Positions 28,752-39,893 of a stretch of 64,000 nucleotides of DNA are shown piece after piece. Under the pieces are notes generated by a model that was not told the origin of the DNA, did no database searches, and saw only the letters and a program-made list of their open reading frames with translations. Position 1 is the first letter of the stretch. Every line of letters starts with the position of its first letter. The position numbers were made by a program, and so were the translations under genes. Location: NCBI GenBank assembly GCA_047150005.1, contig AP038806.1, forward strand, positions 2,720,001-2,784,000, given 5' to 3'. Source of the DNA: Nitrospira sp. GTDB lineage: Bacteria > Nitrospirota > Nitrospiria > Nitrospirales > Nitrospiraceae.

Positions 28752-28817
28752 ACTGAAGGTGTCTATCCGCGCGCATCGACAACACAAACCGATAATGAGC
28801 GCACGGCACGAGCAAGC
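28752..28817. repeat. Third copy of the ~65-bp tRNA-downstream motif
   Basis: ACTGAAGGTGTCTATCCGCG...ATGAGC-N3-CGGCACGAGCAAGC matches the copies at 13824 and 13916. Confidence 0.7.
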
Positions 28818-28895
28818 AAGACCAGAAAAGACTACCTCGCTGGAGGTGCTTGTCCCGTCGCCACAATATCTAGGTTCCGGGTCGAGCAAGCTCTG

Positions 28896-29109
<214 letters not shown>

Positions 29110-29152
29110 ACCTCGTCATGCATACGGCTCAGCGAAACGAAGGGCGATTGTC

Positions 29153-30256
29153 TTATATCAGGGGGGTGAAACGCAAGCCGTGAGCTTCGGCCACGGCCGG
29201 GCAGGTCACGCTACCATTATAGAGGTTCACACCCTTGCTGAATCCCGCGTCGGATCGTATCGCCGTCTCGGCGCCCTCCGTTGCCAGCCTGAGCACGTAG
29301 GGAAGCGTGACGTTCGTGAGCGCGCCGGTCGATGTTCGGGGGACAATGCCCGGCATGTTGGCGACGCAATAATGAAGTACTCCATCCACCAGATACACGG
29401 GATCCGAGTGGGTCGTGGGCTTCGTCGTCTCGATGCAACCTCCTTGATCGACCGCGACATCGACAATCACGGCGCCCTTCCTCATTCGCGCGACCAACCG
29501 GCGCGAGACCAGTTTCGGGGCGCGGGCGCCGGGCACAAGCACCGCGCCGATCAACAAGTCGGCTGTCGGTACGGTTTCTTCGATGGCTTCCTGGGTGGCG
29601 GCTCTCGTGACGATGCGCCCCTGATAGTGCTCGTCGAGGGCGCGAAGGCGGTCGAGGTCGAGATTGATCACGGTGACGCGGGCGCCCATGCCGACCGCAA
29701 TCCTGACGGCCGCGCTGCCGACCACGCCCGCTCCGAGCACGACCACGTGCGCCGGCTCCACGCCGGGCATCCCCGACAGCAAGATGCCCCGGCCTCCTTG
29801 GGTTTTTTCCAGGTAGCGCGCGCCGATCTGTACGGACATCCGACCGGCGATATCGCTCATGGGCCTGAGCATGGGCAGCGTACCGTCCTTGGCTTCGACC
29901 GTCTCGTAGGCGATGGCCGTGACGCGACTCTCCATCAGCTTCTTCGTCAGTTCGGCCGAGGACGCAAGATGGAGATAGGTGAACAGAATTTGACCGGCAC
30001 GCACCTGAGGGCACTCCGATAGGAGCGGTTCCTTTACCTTGATGATGAGCGCGGCGCGTTCGAAGACCTCCGCGGCCGACCGCGTGACGGAAGCGCCGGC
30101 CTGCCGGTAGTCCTCATCGGTATATCCGCTGCCGTCGCCTGCGGAAGTTTCGACCCAGACTTCGTGCCCCGCCTGGCGCAACGTCCGCGCTCCGTCCGGC
30201 GTCAGGCCGACCCGGTACTCGTGATCCTTGATCTCCCTCGGCACACCGACGATCAT
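29153..30256 (-). CDS. ald: Alanine dehydrogenase
   Basis: [50 protein letters not shown]; start ATG 30256 after GGAGGAG. Confidence 0.96.
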   Translation of the reverse strand: MIVGVPREIKDHEYRVGLTPDGARTLRQAGHEVWVETSAGDGSGYTDEDYRQAGASVTRSAAEVFERAALIIKVKEPLLSECPQVRAGQILFTYLHLASSAELTKKLMESRVTAIAYETVEAKDGTLPMLRPMSDIAGRMSVQIGARYLEKTQGGRGILLSGMPGVEPAHVVVLGAGVVGSAAVRIAVGMGARVTVINLDLDRLRALDEHYQGRIVTRAATQEAIEETVPTADLLIGAVLVPGARAPKLVSRRLVARMRKGAVIVDVAVDQGGCIETTKPTTHSDPVYLVDGVLHYCVANMPGIVPRTSTGALTNVTLPYVLRLATEGAETAIRSDAGFSKGVNLYNGSVTCPAVAEAHGLRFTPLI

Positions 30257-30550
30257 GATCTCCTCCATCCTAGATACAGAGCGAGAACCTATCCGACGGG
30301 CTGACGCGCCGATGCGTTCCTTCTCCATTGTACTCAGAGGCTGCCGAAATTGACACTGCCTCGCGAGGCCCGCGGCGCAGGGACGTGGGCGTTCGGGTGG
30401 ACGATGTAAAATGGAATATACGCAGAAAGAAGTGAGCGCCGGTCGCACGCGTGGAAGCGCAAAAGACGTGACGCGTCCCGGCGGGTGTGAGAATATTCCA
30501 TCGTCGGGACGGTTCGAGCGATCCCGACGCCTGTTCAGGTGACACCTTTC

Positions 30551-30859
30551 ATGACCGATCCAACTGAGCCGGCAACGGTCCGAGCGACGATCTCCGTGGC
30601 GGGTAGGGTGCAAGGTGTGGGATACCGGGCGTTCGCCGTTCGAGTCGCCGCCGCTCACGAACTCCGGGGGACGGTGCGGAATCTCGACGACGGGCGCGTC
30701 GAACTGGACGTGGAAGGACCGAAGGACCGGATCGAATCCCTCATGAACGATCTTCACACGGGGCCTCCCGCGGCGCGGGTGACCGCCGTGAGAGTCGAAT
30801 GGGGGCGCGCGACGGGACGATTCTCGGATTTTCGGATCAGCTACGAGGGCGGGTCGTAG
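30551..30859 (+). CDS. acyP: Acylphosphatase
   Basis: [23 protein letters not shown]. Confidence 0.92.
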   Translation: MTDPTEPATVRATISVAGRVQGVGYRAFAVRVAAAHELRGTVRNLDDGRVELDVEGPKDRIESLMNDLHTGPPAARVTAVRVEWGRATGRFSDFRISYEGGS

Positions 30860-30867
30860 AGGACGGC

Positions 30868-31824
30868 ATGGCCAGGGGACAGGACGATTTCGAGCATGGA
30901 AGCGAAGCGCGCCGGCATCACGTCGAGCGCGACGAAGAATGTGCCGACCGCGAAGAGGGAGGAGACGGCGAAGAGAAGCGCGGCCGCCGGTCCGAAGGAC
31001 TGGATACGCTGAAAAGCTACCTCCGGGAAATCCGTCGCTCCAGCCTGCTCACGTTTAAACAGGAACAGCAACTGGGCAAGCGCGTCATGGCCGGCGACGA
31101 GCAGGCCCGTCAGCAGATGATTGAATCCAACCTCCGTCTGGTGATCAGCATCGGCAAGCGGTACATGCATCGCGGCTTTCCCTTCTCCGACATCGTGGAG
31201 GAGGGCAATATCGGGCTCATCAAAGCGGTCGAGAAGTTCAATTACAAGCGCGGCTTCCGGTTCAGCACCTACGCATCCTGGTGGATCCGGCAGTACATCG
31301 AGCGCGCCATCATCAATCAAGGCAAGCTGGTGCGGCTGCCGGTTCATGTGGTCGAGCGACTCAATCGCTACCTCAACCGCAGCGAGTCCCTCGTCCAGAC
31401 GTTGGGGCGAGAACCGACCGCGGCCGAGGTGGCGGTCAAGCTGAAGACGACGGAAGAAGAGGTGCTGGATCTCAAGCAGGTCGTTCGCACGACCTGCTCG
31501 TTGGACAGCCCCATCAACGATCAGGCCGACACCTTCCTTCGCGACGTCATCGAGGACCCGATGTGCCCCTCGCCGGCGGACACCGCCGAAGGCGTGCTGC
31601 GCCGTGCGGAGATGATGGCTTGGGTGAAGGAGTTGCCTGAAAAGGAGCAAACTGTTATTGTGTCGCGGTTCGGGTTGGACGGCAGCGAAGCCAAGACGCT
31701 GGAAGAGATCGGCACCGAGATGGGTCTCACCCGCGAGCGGGTCCGGCAGATCGAAATGGCCGCGTTGAGCCGTCTGCGCCATACCATCGAACGAAAAACG
31801 CTGACACAATCGGATCTGCTCTGA
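30868..31824 (+). CDS. RNA polymerase sigma-70 factor, RpoD/RpoS-like
   Basis: [48 protein letters not shown]; lacks region 1.1. Confidence 0.93.
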   Translation: MARGQDDFEHGSEARRHHVERDEECADREEGGDGEEKRGRRSEGLDTLKSYLREIRRSSLLTFKQEQQLGKRVMAGDEQARQQMIESNLRLVISIGKRYMHRGFPFSDIVEEGNIGLIKAVEKFNYKRGFRFSTYASWWIRQYIERAIINQGKLVRLPVHVVERLNRYLNRSESLVQTLGREPTAAEVAVKLKTTEEEVLDLKQVVRTTCSLDSPINDQADTFLRDVIEDPMCPSPADTAEGVLRRAEMMAWVKELPEKEQTVIVSRFGLDGSEAKTLEEIGTEMGLTRERVRQIEMAALSRLRHTIERKTLTQSDLL

Positions 31825-31828
31825 GTCA

Positions 31829-32353
31829 ATGACCGTCGATCAGTATCGCTCGCTCATTCGCGAAGTCCCCGATTTCCCCCGTCCCGGCATTCTCTTTTAC
31901 GACATCACGACCCTCCTCAAAGATCCGGCCGCGTTCGCCGCGATCGCGGACGAGTTGACCGTCTACTATGAAGGTCAAAACATCACCAAAGTCGTCGGCA
32001 TCGAGTCGCGCGGGTTCATCTATGGTGGAACCCTGGCCCAACGTCTCAAGGCGGGATTCGTCCCGGTCCGTAAACCCGGAAAGCTCCCGGCGGCGATCTA
32101 TGAGGTGAACTATCAGTTGGAATATGGGTCCAACTCCCTGGCGATTCATCGTGACGCCATTTCCAAAGGGGAGCGGGTGCTCATCGTGGATGACTTGTTG
32201 GCGACCGGAGGCACGGCGGTCGCCACGATCGAGCTGATCCGGCAGTTGGGCGGGGAGATCGCCGGTTTGGATTTTCTGGTGGAGCTCAAGAGCTTGAACG
32301 GGCGGGATAAGCTGACCGGATATCCGGTCCATAGCACCATCCTCTATCCCTAG
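31829..32353 (+). CDS. apt: Adenine phosphoribosyltransferase
   Basis: PDFPRPGILFYDITTLL, VRKPGKLP, IVDDLLATGGT. Confidence 0.96.
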   Translation: MTVDQYRSLIREVPDFPRPGILFYDITTLLKDPAAFAAIADELTVYYEGQNITKVVGIESRGFIYGGTLAQRLKAGFVPVRKPGKLPAAIYEVNYQLEYGSNSLAIHRDAISKGERVLIVDDLLATGGTAVATIELIRQLGGEIAGLDFLVELKSLNGRDKLTGYPVHSTILYP

Positions 32354-32461
32354 GGCACGCGTTTCTTTTCGACCACTACCCCTTGTCAAAGTCCCGGCAC
32401 CCGTGCTATGAATGCCGAACTTTTTCCCGCCAATCGACGTGCATCAAGAGAGGACGGCGTC

Positions 32462-33043
32462 ATGGCAACCAAAACCCCTGCGAAAAAGAAACCGCCTATG
32501 AAAAGCAAACCGACAGCCAAGCCGGTCGTCAAAGAGCCGAACGTTGAAGCCCCAGCGGCCGTCATTGAGAAGCCCGTAGCCGCCGAAAGGCCTCTGACCG
32601 TCGCCATTTCTCCGCTCGCGGCCAAGCCGAAGGAATCCGCCAAGGAACGGGAGGCGCGCGAGCGTCGCCGCGAGGCGCTGCAGAAAATGCTCATGCGGAA
32701 ACGACAGGAGATTCTCAAGGAAATCGAAGGCAGCATCGGCCAATCGCTGACGGAAGATCAGCAGCGGCGTCTGGAGTCTGCCCGCGATGTCGGCGATCAA
32801 GCGCTGATGGATCTGGACCGCGAGCTGGGCATTTCTTTGATGGAAATGCGTAACCGCCGCCGCCAGGCTATCGACGAAGCGTTGGTGCGCCTGTCCGAGG
32901 GCACCTACGGCATCTGCGCCGAATGCGGCGTCGAGATCAGCGAGCGCCGGCTGGAGGCCGTGCCCTTCGCCAAGCTCTGCGTCGAATGCCAATCGAGAGA
33001 AGAGCTGCTCGAGAAGATTGAAAAAGAAGAAGAACGCGACTGA
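32462..33043 (+). CDS. DksA/TraR C4 zinc-finger protein
   Basis: Coiled coil with DVGDQA, GTYGICAECG...RLEAVPFAKLCVEC. Confidence 0.9.
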   Translation: MATKTPAKKKPPMKSKPTAKPVVKEPNVEAPAAVIEKPVAAERPLTVAISPLAAKPKESAKEREARERRREALQKMLMRKRQEILKEIEGSIGQSLTEDQQRRLESARDVGDQALMDLDRELGISLMEMRNRRRQAIDEALVRLSEGTYGICAECGVEISERRLEAVPFAKLCVECQSREELLEKIEKEEERD

Positions 33044-33184
33044 CGGCCGCCCTCGCGTCAGCCCTGCCCTGTCGGACGCTCCGCTGAAGCTCGACCCGAT
33101 CAATGTTCCGCGCGGAAACCCCAGCGGTCCGACGGCGTGCGCGCATGCCGGTCTCCTCGACCGCGGTGACCGTCAGGAGGCGCC

Positions 33185-33883
33185 ATGTCCGGAGTGAACG
33201 GTCCTCGCGCCGTCGTGCTGGTGAGTGGAGGGCTCGATTCTGCCGTGACGGCGGCCATCGCGCGTCGGGACGGCCAGGATCTCCATTTTCTCACGTTCGA
33301 GTACGGCCAACGTCACGCTGTGGAGGTTCGCCAAGCGCGGCGGCTGGCGGAGGCGATGGCGGTGATGCATCATGTGGTCTGTTCAGTCGATCTTCGTGCA
33401 ATCGGCGGATCGGCCCTCACCGGTGATCTGGCGGTGCCGAAAGATCGTGAGAGGCCGGAACGAACCGCGGAGATTCCAGTGACCTATGTGCCGGGGCGGA
33501 ACCTCATCTTTCTGTCCCTGGCGGCGGCCTACGCCGAAACGATCGGGGCTGACTCCGTGTACTTCGGCGCCAACGTTCTCGACTATTCGGGGTATCCGGA
33601 CTGCCGCCCGGAGTTCATCCGTGCGTTCGAAGGAGCGGTAAAGGAAGGCACCAAGGCCGGCGTCGAGGGACGGGCCTTGCGGGTGCTGGCACCCTTGCTT
33701 GCGCTGTCGAAGGCCGAGATCATTCGGGAAGGCGTGGCGCTGGGCGTGCCGCTCGCGCTCACGCACAGTTGCTATGACCCGGTGGGCGAACTGGCCTGCG
33801 GACGATGCGACAGTTGCCGCATCCGGCGCGATGGATTTCGGATGGCCGGGGTTGTAGATCCCACACGATATGCGCTAACGTAA
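33185..33883 (+). CDS. queC: 7-cyano-7-deazaguanine synthase
   Basis: SGGLDS, YGQRH, TYVPGRNLIF, YSGYPDCRPEF, SCY...CGRCDSC. Confidence 0.96.
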   Translation: MSGVNGPRAVVLVSGGLDSAVTAAIARRDGQDLHFLTFEYGQRHAVEVRQARRLAEAMAVMHHVVCSVDLRAIGGSALTGDLAVPKDRERPERTAEIPVTYVPGRNLIFLSLAAAYAETIGADSVYFGANVLDYSGYPDCRPEFIRAFEGAVKEGTKAGVEGRALRVLAPLLALSKAEIIREGVALGVPLALTHSCYDPVGELACGRCDSCRIRRDGFRMAGVVDPTRYALT

Positions 33884-33887
33884 CACG

Positions 33888-34055
33888 ATGTCGCCGGAAG
33901 AATTCTTCATGTATCTGACGATCGGGCTGATCGTCATCGCTCCCATCGGAGCCAGGCTCTATCGGCGTATGACCTTGCGCCGCACGCAAGCCATGCTTCG
34001 CGAACAGTTCGGCCACGGCGACGCGGCTGAGCGCGGACCCGGTGCCGGCCGGTGA
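33888..34055 (+). CDS. Small (55-aa) single-TM protein, absent from the ORF track
   Basis: MSPEEFFMYLTIGLIVIAPIGARLYRRMTLRR...; starts 4 nt after the queC stop and ends in a GTGA overlap with the cytochrome c gene. Confidence 0.65.
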   Translation: MSPEEFFMYLTIGLIVIAPIGARLYRRMTLRRTQAMLREQFGHGDAAERGPGAGR

Positions 34056-34453
34056 GACGGAATCGGGAATCCGGCTTCCTATGGTCGTGGAGGCTGGGCG
34101 TCGTCCTGCTCATCACGGCGGCGGCCTGCGATCCGCCGCAGCCGACTCCTGCAGCCGGAGGCTCGGCGCTCCCCGCGGACCTGCAGCCGGGCGAGACCAA
34201 GTTCAACGCCAATTGTTCCGTCTGCCACGGAAAACAGGGGACCGGCACCGCGCAAGGTCCTCCGCTGGTCCATAAGATTTACGAACCCAATCACCACGGC
34301 GATGCAGCCTTTCAGCGGGCTGCGGCCAACGGGGTGCGGGCCCACCATTGGGAATTCGGCAACATGCCGAAGATCGAAAGCGTGACTCCCGCAGATGTAG
34401 ACCACATCACGCAATACATTCGCTGGCTTCAGAAGCAAGCGGGCATCTTCTAA
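34052..34453 (+). CDS. Class I cytochrome c lipoprotein
   Basis: AAAC lipobox, CSVCH heme motif, distal Met in GNMP. Confidence 0.9.
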   Translation: MRRNRESGFLWSWRLGVVLLITAAACDPPQPTPAAGGSALPADLQPGETKFNANCSVCHGKQGTGTAQGPPLVHKIYEPNHHGDAAFQRAAANGVRAHHWEFGNMPKIESVTPADVDHITQYIRWLQKQAGIF

Positions 34454-34639
34454 CCCCTGCCCATCCGAACGCTCCATCGATTCGGCCGACAACGGTCGGT
34501 TGGCTCTCCTCCTCGCTCGTTTGACTTTGTTTCAGTCTGCTACGTAAGGTGTATCCTCTGATGCGCGCAACCTGATCGAACGTGGCGGCGTGCGGCCCGC
34601 ACTGTCGATGCGGCCCGTCCTAACAACAGGAGGCTAGCT

Positions 34640-35476
34640 ATGAGGGAATCAGACTGTCGTATGTGGGGAGCGGGCATAGTGCTGGGGCTCATGCTGGCGA
34701 CGAGCGGTTGTGCGGCGATCGAAGCGGGCCATGAGGGTGTGTTTGTCGAGCAACCATGGTTCTTCGGGCACGGCGGCGTCGATCCGGTCCCCTCGAAAAC
34801 GGGGCGCGTATGGATTGCTCCGACGACGAAAGTCATCGACGTGGACATTCGTCCGGTCCAGTATTCGGAACACTTCGACATTATTTCGGCCGAGAACGCG
34901 CCGGTGTCGTTCGATGCGTTCCTGATCGCGAACGTCGTCGAGGGCCGCTCACCGGAGCTCATGTCCCGGTACGGGCCGACTTGGTATCTGAACAACGTGA
35001 AAGAAGCGTTCCGCACATTCGTCCGGGAGGAAGTACAGAAATACCCGCTCTTCCAATTGACGACGGATCCGACCACCCGCACCAAGTTACAGGAAGCGAT
35101 TGCCCGTGAAGTCCAAATCAAACTCATTGAAAAGCAAAACATCCCGATCCGGCTCAATCGGGTTGTCGTCGGCAGCATCCTGCCCCCAAAGGGCGTGGTG
35201 GAACAAACCACCCAGACGATCGTGCAGGAACAGCGGAAGATCACGATGGTCGAATTTCAGAAAGCGGAAGAAGCCCGCGAAAAAGCAGAGAAACAACGTG
35301 GCATCGCGGATCGGGCTTACCGCGAATCCCTGGGCCTGACCGCACCGGAGTTCGTCGACCTCCGCCGCATCGAGGTGCAGAAAGAGATTGTGGCGCATTC
35401 GCCGTCGTCCTTAACCGTCATCATGGGACTCGAGCGCTTCGGCATCAACATGCCGCCGCTCGCGGCCGAAAAGTAG
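34640..35476 (+). CDS. SPFH/band 7 (prohibitin-like) protein
   Basis: IEAGHEGVFVEQPWFFGHGGVD, band-7 core, C-terminal coiled coil. Confidence 0.85.
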   Translation: MRESDCRMWGAGIVLGLMLATSGCAAIEAGHEGVFVEQPWFFGHGGVDPVPSKTGRVWIAPTTKVIDVDIRPVQYSEHFDIISAENAPVSFDAFLIANVVEGRSPELMSRYGPTWYLNNVKEAFRTFVREEVQKYPLFQLTTDPTTRTKLQEAIAREVQIKLIEKQNIPIRLNRVVVGSILPPKGVVEQTTQTIVQEQRKITMVEFQKAEEAREKAEKQRGIADRAYRESLGLTAPEFVDLRRIEVQKEIVAHSPSSLTVIMGLERFGINMPPLAAEK

Positions 35477-35625
35477 CGGTGTTAGGGGAGCCCCTGGCTG
35501 CTCTGTCCGTTGCCGGAGAAAAAAAATCTTCGGTATCCACTATATTGTGGGTCGGCCGATGCGGTATGATGCCATTTCTGAACCAAAAGCTACGAGCAGC
35601 AGCCGCGTCACGAAAAGAGGCCGCC

Positions 35626-36159
35626 ATGCAGAGCATCACCGAGCCCCTACGGACTGTGTCGGGAACCGGTTCTGAACCCGGCGCCATCGGACCGTCTACC
35701 CCAGAGGGCGACGCGGGCCCGCATCAGGCGATACCGGGGCCGCGGCGACGAGTGCTGCTTGTGGACGACAATGATCGGGATCGCCACCTCCTGAAGGTCT
35801 TGCTGGAAGAGCATGAGGGAATCGAGGTCGTGGGAGAGGCGTCCAACGGTGAAGAAGCCCAAGCCATGGCAGAGCAGCAACAACCGGACGTGATCCTCAT
35901 GGACATCCGTCTGCCGCGCACCACCGGCGTCGAGGCGACACGCCAAATCAACCGACGCCTGCCCGAGGTGATGATCATCGGGGTGTCCAGTCTCTATACA
36001 CCCCATGACTACAACGCCATGATTACGGCCGGCGCGGTGGCATTCGTTCGGAAGGAAGACGCCGTGGAAGCGTTGTATAAGACCATTCACTACTCCATGC
36101 GGCATTACCGTCACAATCGACCGACCGCTTTGGTTCGCAGTCCTCAGCGAGCCAACTAG
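35626..36159 (+). CDS. Response regulator (NarL-type REC without HTH)
   Basis: VLLVDD, VVGEASNGEEA, PDVILMDIRLP. Confidence 0.85.
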   Translation: MQSITEPLRTVSGTGSEPGAIGPSTPEGDAGPHQAIPGPRRRVLLVDDNDRDRHLLKVLLEEHEGIEVVGEASNGEEAQAMAEQQQPDVILMDIRLPRTTGVEATRQINRRLPEVMIIGVSSLYTPHDYNAMITAGAVAFVRKEDAVEALYKTIHYSMRHYRHNRPTALVRSPQRAN

Positions 36160-36425
36160 TCCGCTCATTACCGCTGCCGTTTCTGCCGACCCAGTGCCGC
36201 GATCCCTGCGCGGCCTGTTCTGTTCACCCATCAAACTCCGAATTGGACACCTTATGGGCAAGCCTCTTCTTGCGAGTAGCCGTCAACGCATTGCCCATTT
36301 CTCTGGCAGCCGATCACCAAGACGTGGGTCAGCACCTTTGAATGTGTTGAGTCCAACAGAAGCCCTGGCTTCGAGTCAGCGAATATGCGACATTCATATT
36401 TTTTCGAGGCAAATTGACACATAGA

Positions 36426-37055
36426 ATGACACACAGTTCCGTTCCGCTCCAGCGGACCTTCCTTGCTCGGACCAACAACACCTGGCTCTCATCGTTAGCG
36501 CTGGTGTTCATGACACTACCGCTGCACGGGTGCGGGATGTTTGATCAGTTTTGGGACAAGGAGATTCGCCAAGTCTATTCACCGAAGACGTCTCGGGACA
36601 AGCAGAGGGACTTTTTCATCCAGAGTCTGAATTATCATCTGGGAAAATCAAAGGCTGATCGTATTCGGGTGTTCGGGCCACCTGACAAGTGTACGACCCA
36701 AAGCTCCGCTAAGGAGATATGTGAGTGGAAGCAGCTGAGTGATTCCCAGGAACATGTTGTAACCTACACGTATGGGAATGGCGATCTTGCCACCTCATGG
36801 AGTTACCGCGGCTACTTCGGTGAGTTCACGGATACCAATTATGCAGTGGTCGGGTCGGTCTCTTCCGTCAAGCCGCAACGCGAACCGGCACCCCCGCAAG
36901 AGGAGCGTTGGATACACCCGGCCAAGAACGATCGGCAATTCGAGCAGGACGATGTGCAGTGCAAGACCGAGGCGCAAATGTATCCCAAAGCCGTCTGGGA
37001 GACTGAAACTGAAAAATGCCTGAAGCGCCATGGATGGACACAAGGTCAGAAGTAA
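36426..37055 (+). CDS. Hypothetical lipoprotein
   Basis: LHGC lipobox; C-terminal F-x-x-D-x3-C...CLKRHGW motif. Start uncertain. Confidence 0.72.
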   Translation: MTHSSVPLQRTFLARTNNTWLSSLALVFMTLPLHGCGMFDQFWDKEIRQVYSPKTSRDKQRDFFIQSLNYHLGKSKADRIRVFGPPDKCTTQSSAKEICEWKQLSDSQEHVVTYTYGNGDLATSWSYRGYFGEFTDTNYAVVGSVSSVKPQREPAPPQEERWIHPAKNDRQFEQDDVQCKTEAQMYPKAVWETETEKCLKRHGWTQGQK

Positions 37056-37179
37056 CGCATATCCAACCGATGTTCTCAGGCTTAGGGTCTGATCGCGACG
37101 ATACCGGGGAAATTCCCAGGCAACGAGGACCGGCCAATCGAGTAAGGCTAGCCCGAGAAGGAAGCGGGCCGAGTCCTGC

Positions 37180-39498
37180 GTGAATGCTATCGACATGATG
37201 CCTCGTATCGGAACGGTGCACGCGCTGGTTGTTTGGTGGATCGTCATGTTCGGCTGCGCCGTGGCGACCGGCGTGGAACTTCCCGGAGGGAACACGGCTT
37301 CCCCCGCACCGCAGGGATCCCCAGGTGGTGGTGTGCTCGATGCGGCCGCCTTGGATGAATTGCGGGCCAAGCGTGGGAAGGCTGAGCAGGATCTTAAGGC
37401 TGCGCAATCTTCCAGCAACGGCGGCACAGCCAAGGGTGCGACCGACCTCCCGTCGGAGACGCGCCAGGAACGTCGATCCCTCCTGCAGCAGATCCTTCGC
37501 GGCTACGACGAACAGCTCGACGAGGCCGACCGGTTGCAGGAATCGGTCAAGCGGCTCGTGGAGGTTGAGCGAGCGAGTGCCGAATGGGAGGGATTTCAGG
37601 ACCCGCCGCCCTATTCCATCCTCTTTGTCGATCAACTCTGGAGTTCAACCCTTGCGCTTCGTCTGGCCGTCGAAGGGCTCCAATCTCAACTGAGCCTGAT
37701 CGCGTTGCGAGCCGATCGCGCCAGGGAGTTCTTGCAGGCTGCGGAAGAGCAGCTTCGCAAGACCTCAGAGCGATCGGAGGCGGCGGTCGATTCCGCCCAA
37801 GCCGCCCGGTTACGCACTCAACGCGAACTGGACGAGTTGCGCAAGCGTGCCGTGGCCGTGAGGGTCGCGGCGGCCGAGGCCTCGAAGCAGCGCGTCGAAC
37901 AGGAGTTGGCGGAAACCAGGGCACGACTGGCGTTCGTCGAACGGCAACTCGGAGTGGCCGAGCCGCGAGTGAGTTTCGAGGAAAAGGATCTCGACACGGT
38001 CCGCAAGCGCAACCAGCAGGAGCGACAACAGCTCGAAGACGAATTGGAGCGGACCGTCGCAGAGCGGGCCGTACAGGCGCAGGCGCTGCAGACCGATGTA
38101 CGGCAGGAGGAACAGTTCTCCGCGCGTCTCTCCTCCGGTGCTCCGAAATCGCAGGCCGTTCGGCGGGTCGAGCAAGCCAGGCAGGGGGTCGAACTCAGGC
38201 GGGCGCGTCTCGACAATCTGGTGGCCAGCGGGGATCTGCTCAAACAGATGTTGGACGTCGTGGAGGGGGAACGGCAGCTGTGGGAAAGCCGCTTCGCCAT
38301 CGCGCGGGACCCGGAACCGGGTCTGGCGCGCCGAGGCTATGCCAGGTTCGCCCCGCTGTTTGCCAATTTCAGCGCGTCACGCGACCATCTGCGGCAACAG
38401 CTGCTCGTGACCTCGGGACAGGTCAGCGAGCTGGACAATCGGTTTGCCCACGCGTCGAAGGCGCAGGACCGGCGGCACATCCAGGAGCTGCTCCAGGTCT
38501 ATCGCCAGCGGGAAGCGGCCTACAATCGTTCCCTTCAGCGGATGGACGACACGGCCAGCCTGTTCGAGCGTTGGCGGTCGCAGGTGAAGGATCAGCGCAA
38601 TGAATTGCCGCTGTCGGCCAGGATCGAGGACTGGATGCATCATGCCTGGAGCGGCCTGCGGACGGCGTGGGGCGTCGAGGTGTTCTCGGCCGAGGATACC
38701 ATCGAGGTCGACGGCAAGCGGATCACCGGCCATCGAAGCGTGACGCTGGGCAAAATCGTGAGCGCCCTCGTGCTGCTCCTGGTCGGCTACTGGCTGTGTC
38801 TCTATCTGGCCCGGGTCCTCGGCCGGCTGGCCGTGACACGGTTCGGCCTGTCGGCCGGCGTCGCCAATTTGATCCGTCAGTGGAGCCAGGCGTTTCTCAT
38901 CACCATGGTCATCGTCATCAGTCTGGTCTCGGTCAAGATTCCTCTGACGATCTTCGCGTTCCTGGGCGGAGCGTTCGCGATCGGCGTGGGCTTTGGCGCG
39001 CAAAACCTGCTCAAGAACGTCATCAGCGGCATCCTCGTGCTGATCGAGCGGCCGCTGCGAGTGGGCGATTTGATCGAGGTCGACCACGTACGGGGTCGGG
39101 TCACCACCATCGGACTGCGTTCCTCTACGGTGCGTGATGCGAAGGGCATGGATACGCTTATCCCGAACAGCAGCTTTCTGGAACGGCATCTCACGAACTG
39201 GACCTATTCCAGCCGCCAGAGCCGGTTTTCCCTCCGTCTGGGCGTGCCATACGGTTCCTCCACGCCGGAGGTGATTACATTGCTGACCTCGGTTGCGGCC
39301 GAGCACAAACAGATCGTGAAGGAGCCGGCGCCACAGGTACTGTTGGAAGAGTTCGGCGCGCAGGCCAGGATCTTTGCGCTGAACTATTGGCTGGAAATCC
39401 GTCCCGATATCGACCCGAACGAAGTGGCGAGCGAACTGCGGTTTGCCATCGAGGACAAGTTTCTCCAGGCGGGATGGAAGGTACTCCCGGCCGCCTGA
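37180..39498 (+). CDS. Large MscS-family mechanosensitive channel with periplasmic coiled coil
   Basis: GAFAIGVGFGAQNLLKNVISGILVLIERPLRVGD, IGLRSS, IPNS. Confidence 0.92.
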   Translation: MNAIDMMPRIGTVHALVVWWIVMFGCAVATGVELPGGNTASPAPQGSPGGGVLDAAALDELRAKRGKAEQDLKAAQSSSNGGTAKGATDLPSETRQERRSLLQQILRGYDEQLDEADRLQESVKRLVEVERASAEWEGFQDPPPYSILFVDQLWSSTLALRLAVEGLQSQLSLIALRADRAREFLQAAEEQLRKTSERSEAAVDSAQAARLRTQRELDELRKRAVAVRVAAAEASKQRVEQELAETRARLAFVERQLGVAEPRVSFEEKDLDTVRKRNQQERQQLEDELERTVAERAVQAQALQTDVRQEEQFSARLSSGAPKSQAVRRVEQARQGVELRRARLDNLVASGDLLKQMLDVVEGERQLWESRFAIARDPEPGLARRGYARFAPLFANFSASRDHLRQQLLVTSGQVSELDNRFAHASKAQDRRHIQELLQVYRQREAAYNRSLQRMDDTASLFERWRSQVKDQRNELPLSARIEDWMHHAWSGLRTAWGVEVFSAEDTIEVDGKRITGHRSVTLGKIVSALVLLLVGYWLCLYLARVLGRLAVTRFGLSAGVANLIRQWSQAFLITMVIVISLVSVKIPLTIFAFLGGAFAIGVGFGAQNLLKNVISGILVLIERPLRVGDLIEVDHVRGRVTTIGLRSSTVRDAKGMDTLIPNSSFLERHLTNWTYSSRQSRFSLRLGVPYGSSTPEVITLLTSVAAEHKQIVKEPAPQVLLEEFGAQARIFALNYWLEIRPDIDPNEVASELRFAIEDKFLQAGWKVLPAA

Positions 39499-39542
39499 CG
39501 CCGGCGATCGTCAAGAATCGCCCGGCACTCTCGGACACCCTG

Positions 39543-39893
39543 TCACCCTCGCTGCCAAATACGGAGTGCGAGATCCGCTTCGTTCTCCTGAATCAATTCC
39601 CGGAGCCGCCGTTCCTGATCGGGCTCCATCCGCAGAAATTCCACGCCAAATTCCGTGCCCCGCGTCCAGCGCACCGTCGCGAGCAGGATCTCCAGGGGAT
39701 TCTGACGGCGAGGCACCTCGATGCGCACGCCCACCTCGCTTGCCGACAGGGGGACGTCGCTCAACGCGCGGCAACCGGCGATCGAGAGGTTGAGGATGAT
39801 GCCGTTGGTGTGGACGTCCTTTGCGGAAAAGGATCCTGGATATTCGACCGGGTACCGAACGTGACGGCGTTGTTCGTGAGGAACCGTGCTCAT
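39543..39893 (-). CDS. PilZ domain protein
   Basis: EQRRHVR (RxxxR) and NLSIAGC (D/NxSxxG), GVEF. Confidence 0.9.
   Translation of the reverse strand: MSTVPHEQRRHVRYPVEYPGSFSAKDVHTNGIILNLSIAGCRALSDVPLSASEVGVRIEVPRRQNPLEILLATVRWTRGTEFGVEFLRMEPDQERRLRELIQENEADLALRIWQRG

Noticed and set aside
30257..30757. 166-aa N-terminal extension of alanine dehydrogenase
   Set aside because: It overlaps acylphosphatase on the other strand; a strong RBS and canonical N-terminus lie at 30256.
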